The translations under genes were made by a program, and so were the position numbers. This document shows, piece after piece, positions 56,194-64,000 of a stretch of DNA of 64,000 nucleotides (its first letter is position 1; the number at the start of each line of letters is the position of its first letter). The notes beneath the pieces were generated by a model, which did not search any database, was not told where the DNA came from, and worked only from the letters and a program-made list of their open reading frames with translations. The DNA lies in IMG/VR virus record IMGVR_UViG_3300037845_000036, positions 1 through 64,000 of that record; one strand, given 5' to 3'. Source of the stretch: a virus.

Positions 56194-58341
56194 CTACCCG
56201 CTAGAGCGTGTGATGACGCCACTATTGCTCCAGAGCGCGCCGCCAATATGAGGGTCGGAAGACGGCATAGACGGGATGATAATGAAATTGGACGCCCCCA
56301 CCGTAATGTAGTACCCATATACTCCCGTACTAATCAGTGCGAAATTCGTATAATCCGTCGAGTCATATTCAATTTTTGAATTAGTGCCACTGGTGTTCCC
56401 CAGATATATCCCAGCCGTCGATATGTTAGTAGAAGCGGGGATCGCTAAACCATATTGCCAATTTCCACTTACCTGGAATCCATACTGACTCGCAGTTGGG
56501 CTGCCCGTACTATTCGCGGTAAACCCATTGGCACTTCCGCCCCCCGGCGCGAACATATTTACGCCGGATGAAAGATCGGCGGTGAAAAATGGTAATCCCC
56601 CATTTGAACCATCAAACCAACGGTACTGACCGCCATTAGTGCTGCCTAGCCAATCCGTCCACGCACCGCCACTGGGAGCGCCATTGTTCGTACCATAATT
56701 TATCTTAGTTCCGACAAAACCGCTCGCCGACCCCGGCATCACGATACCTTGAGTCGTAACCACAGCAGACCCGGCGTCAAGCAGGCTTAGGTATTGAGTC
56801 GGACCAGCCGCTCCAAATGCGGCAGTCGCAACATCGCCACCAATATTACCCGCAAGGAAACTATACGCTAGATGTCCACTGCTGGCAGCGGCATAACTAT
56901 TATCGACGATGCCCTCAACCCCGAAAAGCGTAAGCGCCTGCGCGAGACTGCCATTCGCTGCGCTCGGATTGTGTGCTGAGAAAACGTTCCCTCCGTTCCC
57001 CGCACCGTATTGGTATGCATCTGCCGTCAACCCAGAAATAATAGGAACTGGACCTTGTGTTAATACAGTGCCAATCGTAGCGCCCAATCCATATGCATAA
57101 AGACCAACGATGTTCTTAGAGGTATTCTGCCACACTCCATCATTCGGCCCGAACGTCGCGAACCGACCACCATAGTTTGTATGCGGATAGGCATATATTT
57201 TGGTATCGCTATCACTGCTTTGCACATAGAGTGTATCTTGGAATGAATTTACCGTGTCACCTATTGTGCCAGACAACGGTAACTCAATCGCGTAAGCAGC
57301 ATTCTGTGTATACGTCGGGAAGAACAATGAGTTATTTGACGGTGCGCCATTGTATATCCCAGAAAGCACCGCCCCAAAAACTGGGTTGCTCAGAGTCCCC
57401 GTGCTGAGCAATGGATAGCCAGAAGCGGCAGGAGCGGCATTCGCTATGCCACCTGTGCCGTTCCCCAACAACACAGAGAATTGGGGTAAAATCGCGTCAC
57501 CCGTGCCGCCATTCGGTACAGGAAGTATACCAGTTACACCAGAGGCAAGAACCAATTGACCAAACGCCGGATCGCTAGTGGCCCCCTGCGAAAGCAGGGG
57601 ATACCCAGCCGTTCCGGGAACTGCGAAATTAACAGGTGATGTACCCTCACCCAACAACGCAGCGTGAGCGGTAAGTGATGTGCGCCCCGTCCCGCCTTGC
57701 CCCACAATCAGCGCCGCCGAGGTATAATAAAACACTTGCCAATTGCCCGAACCAAGCGCTGTGGCGAGCGCCATATCCCCTGCGCTAGTCGTGATCGTTG
57801 AACCCCCTGGCAAAATCAGCGACGTTGAATTGTAAACAAGTTGGGTTGCCCCTGTGAAAGAGAGAAATTTAACAATCCCCGGCGGGGCGCTTGTGCCAAA
57901 CGAATAAACTGGACCAGCGCCAGTAATTGTTATCAATGCTTGCGGTGCAGATCCTAAATCAGTCGTATCCTGCGCCAATAGCGATGTAGGCAATCCACCG
58001 CCAACATTGGTCATCCATATGTTATTGAGGCTGTCGAGATACGCGATGGGCAACCACAGGCTTTGTCGATTGTCCCAAATATTCAATATGTACGTGGTGG
58101 CATTCTGCGGCGTATTCAGCCACAGCGTCCCGAGCGAGGGGTTGGCAGGCGCGGTCGGCCCCGCATTCATCGATTGCAACGCATTAATGTCGCTCGCAGC
58201 GTCACCAAAGTTCTGGCGGATCGGTGCCGCGTTGTATGGGACGCCCTGGACTGGCTGCGTCGTGTTAATTGAAGACGCGGCGTGCGCCGAAGCGCACACC
58301 GCCATCACAAATATTAACGCGAACGCAGTAGCCAGTTTCAT
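56194..58341 (-). CDS. Tail fibre-like protein with signal peptide
   Basis: Signal MKLATAFALIFVMAVCASAHA; V.NGGTG repeats; C-terminal PSSDP...GALW. Confidence 0.8.
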   Translation of the reverse strand: MKLATAFALIFVMAVCASAHAASSINTTQPVQGVPYNAAPIRQNFGDAASDINALQSMNAGPTAPANPSLGTLWLNTPQNATTYILNIWDNRQSLWLPIAYLDSLNNIWMTNVGGGLPTSLLAQDTTDLGSAPQALITITGAGPVYSFGTSAPPGIVKFLSFTGATQLVYNSTSLILPGGSTITTSAGDMALATALGSGNWQVFYYTSAALIVGQGGTGRTSLTAHAALLGEGTSPVNFAVPGTAGYPLLSQGATSDPAFGQLVLASGVTGILPVPNGGTGDAILPQFSVLLGNGTGGIANAAPAASGYPLLSTGTLSNPVFGAVLSGIYNGAPSNNSLFFPTYTQNAAYAIELPLSGTIGDTVNSFQDTLYVQSSDSDTKIYAYPHTNYGGRFATFGPNDGVWQNTSKNIVGLYAYGLGATIGTVLTQGPVPIISGLTADAYQYGAGNGGNVFSAHNPSAANGSLAQALTLFGVEGIVDNSYAAASSGHLAYSFLAGNIGGDVATAAFGAAGPTQYLSLLDAGSAVVTTQGIVMPGSASGFVGTKINYGTNNGAPSGGAWTDWLGSTNGGQYRWFDGSNGGLPFFTADLSSGVNMFAPGGGSANGFTANSTGSPTASQYGFQVSGNWQYGLAIPASTNISTAGIYLGNTSGTNSKIEYDSTDYTNFALISTGVYGYYITVGASNFIIIPSMPSSDPHIGGALWSNSGVITRSSG

Positions 58342-60083
58342 TTCTTAGGTACCGCGCACCCTGGCGCGTCACCGCACCATCCTTTCCAGTATTTGGCTGT
58401 TTCCTCAGCTTGCGCACGTGCCGAATTGGCGCTCAACATATAAGCGCGCAACCTCTCCATGACGTGCTCTTGCTCATTCATGTACGCCTGCCACTCAGCG
58501 CCAAGTTGCGCTTGAGGATCGGGGGCTTGCGGCGCCAATCCCTGCGCCATCACCAACGCGGGAACCGCAACCAATATCGGCAACAAAATCGAAAGCTTCA
58601 TCCGCATCATTTAGTTCCTTTAGTTGCAAGAGGTAACAATGCCATTCACGATGACAAGATTCGTAAAACCTATATGAAAAGTGCATGAAGCGCCAGTCGC
58701 CAACGCTAGCGTTCCACTAGCGGCGGGAAACGCAATGCTGTAATTCGTAGCGCTGGCATTCAGGGTGGAAATTGCTGTATATCCCATCGAAGATCCGAAA
58801 AGATCAATAGGCATCGTTGCCGAAATAACACCGTTGAACGTCGCGGCACCATCTACCGTCAACGGCACATTCAAGATATGCACTAACCCTGTACCAAGCG
58901 CGGTGATATTAAGATTTTGATTCGTATCGCAAGTGCTTTGCGGTTGAATTGAAGCGGGGATCGATGTGGCACGCGCAAGAAACAGAATATAATTGCACGC
59001 GGTACCGATAGAGTTGAAATTTGCGACCTGATTACCGAGATAATCGTAAACTGCAAGCGCATTGCCGTTTGAGCCAGTCAGACGGCCGTTCACCAAATCA
59101 AAATTCAAGCCGCCATTGCTCAAAAATACCTGTGTGCGTCCAGCTTCGTCGAGAATTTCGTCTATATATCCATTTTTCCACGCCTGCCCTACTCCCCCGA
59201 GATTCCAGATGTCCCCAATCGCGGGAGTAAATGCCGGAAGTGACCCATTTATGGCTACTATCTGAGGCGTCCCGTTAACATATACCGACCAATCGCAATC
59301 ACCGTTCTCTGCGCCCGCAGTAGTCGTCGCCAAACCGCAATTCTGCACGACTCCATTGATCTCTGTGGACGCAGCATTGGGCGATGTCCACGTAATCGTT
59401 CCCGCCGCACCGTTCATCACTGTATAATTCGTGGCGCTACCGTCAAAAAATGTGCCGGTCATCGCCAGCGTATTCGACCCGAGTGATGCGCCCCCCAGAG
59501 CCAACGTCGTAAAGGCCGGATTAGGACTAGGACCGACAAAGCCAACCTGCCAGCGACCGCCTCCGAGAGAAAGGGCGATAGTCGAGCTATTAGCCCGCGG
59601 TATGTAATTCGCCGAACCCGGCAACTGCATATACGTTGCGTTGTAAACAAGCGTGGGCGAACCAAGGAAAATCAAAAATTTCATCACGCCAGCGGGCGTA
59701 GACGCACCAAATGACGCAATCGATTGCGAGCCAGTTATCTGCACCGCTGCTTGAGGAACAGACCCCAAATCCGTTGTCGCCGCACTCAATAAACTCGGAA
59801 GTGTCCCGCCCCCTACAGGTGGCTCCCAAATTCCCGTCGATGAATTGATGGACGCGATTGGTACCCAGGAATTTGATGCGGGTATCCATATGCTAAGTGC
59901 ATAAGTGACTCCGCTTGTATTGAGCCATAGCGTTCCGAGCGATGGATTGGCAGGCGCGGTCGGTCCCGCATTCATTGACTGGAGCGCATTGATGTCGTTC
60001 GCAGCGTCACCAAAGTTCTGACGGATCGGCGAAGCGTTGTACGGAACGCCTTGGACTGGCTGCGTTACGTCAATCGATGATGC
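58112..60083. repeat. ~167-bp diverged direct repeat (58112-58278 and 59917-60083)
   Basis: Encodes the shared N-domain TQPVQGVPYNA.PIRQNFGDAA.DINALQSMNAGPTAPANPSLGTLWLNT. Confidence 0.9.
58338..58610 (-). CDS. Small secreted helical protein
   Basis: Signal peptide plus coil. Confidence 0.75.
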   Translation of the reverse strand: MMRMKLSILLPILVAVPALVMAQGLAPQAPDPQAQLGAEWQAYMNEQEHVMERLRAYMLSANSARAQAEETAKYWKGWCGDAPGCAVPKK

Positions 60084-60146
60084 GGCATAGGCGGGCACTA
60101 CCCCGATGGTAATTAGCGCGGTAATAATGCAACGGGTAAGGAACAC
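58620..60146 (-). CDS. Tail fibre-like protein with signal peptide
   Basis: Shares ~200-aa N-region with 56194-58341; C-terminal NGIVTS. Confidence 0.8.
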   Translation of the reverse strand: MFLTRCIITALITIGVVPAYAASSIDVTQPVQGVPYNASPIRQNFGDAANDINALQSMNAGPTAPANPSLGTLWLNTSGVTYALSIWIPASNSWVPIASINSSTGIWEPPVGGGTLPSLLSAATTDLGSVPQAAVQITGSQSIASFGASTPAGVMKFLIFLGSPTLVYNATYMQLPGSANYIPRANSSTIALSLGGGRWQVGFVGPSPNPAFTTLALGGASLGSNTLAMTGTFFDGSATNYTVMNGAAGTITWTSPNAASTEINGVVQNCGLATTTAGAENGDCDWSVYVNGTPQIVAINGSLPAFTPAIGDIWNLGGVGQAWKNGYIDEILDEAGRTQVFLSNGGLNFDLVNGRLTGSNGNALAVYDYLGNQVANFNSIGTACNYILFLARATSIPASIQPQSTCDTNQNLNITALGTGLVHILNVPLTVDGAATFNGVISATMPIDLFGSSMGYTAISTLNASATNYSIAFPAASGTLALATGASCTFHIGFTNLVIVNGIVTSCN

Positions 60147-60157
60147 CTCTTACATCC

Positions 60158-61558
60158 CTAACAGGTATGAGTTGGGCTAGGCGGTGTGCCTACCTGCGAC
60201 GGCATGAAGCCTGGCGGCCCCCAAAATCCGGGAGTACCCCAAGTCGCTGGCTGAACAGGGAACGAAACTGGCGACGCATAAACTGGGCTGTTACTCGGCA
60301 ATGTGTATTCCCAACCGCAGGTAAAATTTGGATTACTGGTTTGCGGATTGCTGTCGCTGCCTGCGCTCCCCGAAGTCGAGAGCGTACCCGATGTACCATA
60401 GTTATAATAATTATTCGGGCCAATCGTACTTGTACCGCAAGGCCCAGTATTGCAGGGATAGCCGCCTCCTGAACCACTATTGAGTTTTGCCAATATAAGC
60501 GAAGCTGTAAACGAGTTCCCGCTTGGCGTACCACTTTCATTTTGAATAGTCAGGATTTGCCCACTCGCACCCGTCGAGAGATCGCAGATATTCCCGGTCG
60601 AAACGTTATTGCTGCCGCCGTGATAGAAGACGCATGGATATGCGCTACCGCCACCCACACGCTCAACATTGCTCAGAATCGTGAAATTGCTGCTTAGATC
60701 GTCAATGTAGATGGCGTTCGCCCCGCCACCCGCCGATCCATCTTGCACGTAATTATATTCAATAATTTCGCCACTCTGCGTCTGTGCGCTGTTGTTCTCC
60801 ATATAGATGCCGCCACAGTCAGAGAATGCAGTCGCGTAGTTGTAGACATAATTGTAAGCAATCAGGAGATTGTTCGCCCCACCAGAGGTTTGCGGAAATG
60901 TCGCAATTCCCATACAGACTGTCGTATCAACACGATTATGAATGATCTGGCCGTTGGCCGCGTTCTGAGTAACAATCCCAGCGCTGCCCTGCACGCCAGT
61001 ATCAGTGATATTTGTAACCCAGACATTCTTGATTAATGGCGCACTGCCTGTTGTTTCGATCCCGTAGGCCCGATAATTCTCAAATACCAAACCGTTAACC
61101 GTTAGGTTATTGGCGGCAGAATAGATTCCACAACCCACCCCACTACTACCACTCGCTCCGCCATTTATGAACGCCGACAGATACCCATCGGGGGGGTAAT
61201 AAGACCATATTTCGCCATTATCTGCCGTCGTCAGATCAAGAATCGAAGACAGACTTCCATCACAATCCGTGCCAGTCCCGCTAGGCGCATAGGTACCTGC
61301 GCGGACATAGCAAGTTTTGATCGTGCTCGCGCGCATCGCTGTTTGACATTTTCCAAGGGTTTGGAACGGTGCGGCAAGTGTGCCAATATTGCTGTCACTG
61401 CCTAACGGAGACACAACAAAGCCGGGAGGCAACGGCGCAGGACGCGTGCGTGAATACAGCGACGATTTAGCGCGCGCCCCAACATCGATCGTGGCACCAG
61501 CAAAAACGGGTGCCGCAATGCCAAAGACAAAAAATAGACAGGCAACGATACGTTTCAT
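60158..61558 (-). CDS. Right-handed beta-helix protein (depolymerase/tailspike-like) with signal peptide
   Basis: VSP.GSDSN.GT.AAPF.TL, VRAGTY, repeated I..N strands, D.GGIY, IY.DD. Confidence 0.85.
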   Translation of the reverse strand: MKRIVACLFFVFGIAAPVFAGATIDVGARAKSSLYSRTRPAPLPPGFVVSPLGSDSNIGTLAAPFQTLGKCQTAMRASTIKTCYVRAGTYAPSGTGTDCDGSLSSILDLTTADNGEIWSYYPPDGYLSAFINGGASGSSGVGCGIYSAANNLTVNGLVFENYRAYGIETTGSAPLIKNVWVTNITDTGVQGSAGIVTQNAANGQIIHNRVDTTVCMGIATFPQTSGGANNLLIAYNYVYNYATAFSDCGGIYMENNSAQTQSGEIIEYNYVQDGSAGGGANAIYIDDLSSNFTILSNVERVGGGSAYPCVFYHGGSNNVSTGNICDLSTGASGQILTIQNESGTPSGNSFTASLILAKLNSGSGGGYPCNTGPCGTSTIGPNNYYNYGTSGTLSTSGSAGSDSNPQTSNPNFTCGWEYTLPSNSPVYASPVSFPVQPATWGTPGFWGPPGFMPSQVGTPPSPTHTC

Positions 61559-61561
61559 CGG

Positions 61562-62059
61562 TCAATAATCTGCGCAAGAGATCACGGCATTTACAACGGT
61601 TGACGACGTTAGGTTGGTCGCAAAGGTCATCTGCACTGTGTCGCCACTGATCAGCCGCAGAAATGGATTGCCATCACTATTGAGCGGCAACCCAACCCAG
61701 ATTGTCGGCGCGAACAAATTCATTGGCGGGACACCATTGGCAAAGCCCGCGCTTGCCACGGTCGTAACTGCTGTTCCACCATATTTGACAGTGCTATTCA
61801 CGATCTGCACTGTAATGAGATGCGTCGCGCTCCCGTCATTGGTTGTCAGCCACAAAGCGCTACAATCGGAGCCATTTGACCCCGCCGCATAGAGAGTCTT
61901 ATACGTGCCCGCGCTATCGGTACCCTGAAGAAATTGGACAACGCCCCGATTAGGCGTCTGCGGCGTAACCGGACTGTTTGGTGTGACCGCAGCGCTCGCC
62001 GGTAATGCCAGTAGCGACAAAAACGCAAGACATAACAAGAAACGACGGAACATTATCAA
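61562..62059 (-). CDS. Virion-module protein with signal peptide
   Basis: Signal ending PASA; L.SGD...ADY C-terminus. Confidence 0.75.
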   Translation of the reverse strand: MIMFRRFLLCLAFLSLLALPASAAVTPNSPVTPQTPNRGVVQFLQGTDSAGTYKTLYAAGSNGSDCSALWLTTNDGSATHLITVQIVNSTVKYGGTAVTTVASAGFANGVPPMNLFAPTIWVGLPLNSDGNPFLRLISGDTVQMTFATNLTSSTVVNAVISCADY

Positions 62060-64000
62060 ATCCCTCCATAAACAGCGTGCGTGATCGTTGCTGTTGCAGC
62101 CTGTATCGCCTTAACTGCCAATGTATTAATTGTTGTAAAGGTTGCCGCACCCGGCACCGCCCCGCCAATAGTGCCTGGCGATGCAAAGGTAGCTCCGTTC
62201 AAGCTCGATGCATTTAGGTTCGCAACGTTTGTTGTACTGCTTACCGTAAATGGCGCTGTCCCCGTCGAAACAGTAGAGGTAAACGTTACGCAATTCAGGC
62301 TTGTTGTATTAGTTGGCAACACGCACGCTGGCGTACCACCAGAATTCAATAAGGTAAGATCGTTTACGCTGCCCTTGCCTATAAGAGTGAGACCGCCCGT
62401 TGTAGATGTTAAGTAAATATCACCTTCGCCATTCGCAGCTAAGGTCGGGGCGCTCGCCTCGCCACCAATCCCGAGCGTGCCTGCCCCTTGCGTCGGCAAG
62501 GTCGTTCCCGTAACCGCCTCATAACCTGTTACGGTAACGCTAGTCGAAGCCGTCAACCCGGAAATCGTTGGGTTTGTCCCGCCTACAGGTGAACCCGATC
62601 CCGTAGCGTTTCCCCCCAGCAACGTAGCAACGCCTGTACCCAACCCACTCACGCCAGTAGAAATCGGCAGACCTGTCGCATTAGTTAACGTGCCAGATGC
62701 CGGCGTACCCAACGCAGGAGTCGTCAAGGTCAAATTCGTTGCCGCAAGCCCGCTCGGCAGCGTAGTTGAAATAGAAGGCACTCCAGAAGCCGATGTCACC
62801 AGCACACCGCTGTTCGCGGTAGCCAAATTCCCCAAGACACCCGCATTATCGTAAAGTAATCCTTTTGTCGTTCCGCTTGAAATCGTAGTTGTGCCAACGG
62901 CGATGCTTGATGCAGCGGCACCAACTGCCGTGATAACGCCGCCAGATGCGGTAATCGTCACGTTATCGACTTCAACCACACCGAACGCACTCGCAGATCC
63001 TTTTGCGACCGTAATCGCACCAGCGGTGTCCGTAATGATCGTCCCATCAGGCTTCACACAACCAATCTGTGATGAGGTTGCCGTCGTGCAAGCGATAGTC
63101 CCAGCGGTTATTGTAAGCGTTGAACCGTCGCCCTGCAGGATGCCCTCGGCCACACTCGTGCCAACGGGCAGCCCGACGTAATTCCCGGCTGTAACCGACC
63201 CTGAAACATTCAGAGATGTGCCCGTTGCCGCGCCTAGAACTGGCGTAACAAATGTCGGCGTTGTAGTGCCCGCTGGCCCACCTGACCCAGACGCAGTACC
63301 GCTCAATAATGTCGCGACCCCCGTGCCGAGACCGCTAACACCCGTTGAAATCGGCAACCCCGTAACATTGGTCATTGTTCCCGACGCGGGGGTACCCAAA
63401 ACGGGTGCGGTCATCGTCGGTGCCGTAAGGGTCTTATTTGTTAATGTCTGAGTAGCCGCCAGCGTAACGACCGTCCCCGTAGTGCTAGGGAACGTCATTG
63501 TTGTTCCATCGGTCCCAGCCAATGTCAATGAATTGCTGAATGTTAGCGTTTTCCCGGCACTGCCCGTTAATGTATAGGTTCCTGTCGTAAATGCATTTCC
63601 GTTTATGCTTGTCGCTGTTGCCACTCCTAAAGATGGCGAAGTCAGCACCATATTACTCGCAGAAAGACCACTTGGAAGCGCAGTAGAAAACGATGGAACA
63701 CCACTTCCGTTGGCGCTTAAAACACCATTATTCGTAGTAACGATATTGCCTAATGTCCCCGCATTGTCATAAAGAATCGCGTTACTAGTTCCACTAGTAA
63801 CCGTCGTCGAACCAACCGCGATGCTCGTGAGTGCCGACCCTACGGCGGTAATCACACCCCCCGAAGCCGTAATGGTGGTCCCGTCCACCTCCACAACCCC
63901 AAACGTACTAGACGAGCCTACTGGCAATCCGACATAGGTTGACCCCGTAAGCGTCGTAAATGTGCCCGCAGCCGCGACCGTTTGCCCAATCGCTGGCGGA
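62056..64000 (-). CDS. Thr/Gly-rich tail fibre with internal duplications, 5'-partial
   Basis: Frame is open to the window end; [20 protein letters not shown]...LYDNAG.LGN block and [30 protein letters not shown] block each occur twice. Confidence 0.85.
   Translation of the reverse strand, partial: PPAIGQTVAAAGTFTTLTGSTYVGLPVGSSSTFGVVEVDGTTITASGGVITAVGSALTSIAVGSTTVTSGTSNAILYDNAGTLGNIVTTNNGVLSANGSGVPSFSTALPSGLSASNMVLTSPSLGVATATSINGNAFTTGTYTLTGSAGKTLTFSNSLTLAGTDGTTMTFPSTTGTVVTLAATQTLTNKTLTAPTMTAPVLGTPASGTMTNVTGLPISTGVSGLGTGVATLLSGTASGSGGPAGTTTPTFVTPVLGAATGTSLNVSGSVTAGNYVGLPVGTSVAEGILQGDGSTLTITAGTIACTTATSSQIGCVKPDGTIITDTAGAITVAKGSASAFGVVEVDNVTITASGGVITAVGAAASSIAVGTTTISSGTTKGLLYDNAGVLGNLATANSGVLVTSASGVPSISTTLPSGLAATNLTLTTPALGTPASGTLTNATGLPISTGVSGLGTGVATLLGGNATGSGSPVGGTNPTISGLTASTSVTVTGYEAVTGTTLPTQGAGTLGIGGEASAPTLAANGEGDIYLTSTTGGLTLIGKGSVNDLTLLNSGGTPACVLPTNTTSLNCVTFTSTVSTGTAPFTVSSTTNVANLNASSLNGATFASPGTIGGAVPGAATFTTINTLAVKAIQAATATITHAVYGGI

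Overview
A ~64 kb piece of a tailed dsDNA (pro)phage. It is podovirus-like and probably infects an alphaproteobacterium, judging from the GapR-like and DUF3309 genes and the promoter style. From 1 to ~31.5 kb is an accessory/early region of many small genes, including a Cre-like tyrosine recombinase, two ParB-like proteins, an MT-A70 methylase, HNH/VRR-NUC nucleases, a ClpB-like ATPase operon, a J-domain protein and two Acb2/Tad1-like anti-defence candidates. A complete IS1595-family element with passenger genes occupies 10195-13151. Lysis genes lie at ~31.6-36.5 kb and virion genes at ~37-64 kb, all on the minus strand. The main finding is a 20-bp site, CC[G/T]-TTAA-N6-TTAA-[A/C]GG, whose 6-bp spacer differs at every copy. 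I counted by eye 31 intact copies, 3 near-copies and 1 copy split by the IS. Nearly all sit at gene junctions in the accessory region and often supply the upstream stop codon and downstream RBS. Related genes recur as site-bounded units at distant positions, and one array of sites begins just upstream of the recombinase promoter. I infer a phage gene-cassette shuffling system (integron/pdif-like), which is unproven. All family assignments come from motif recognition by eye, not database searches.
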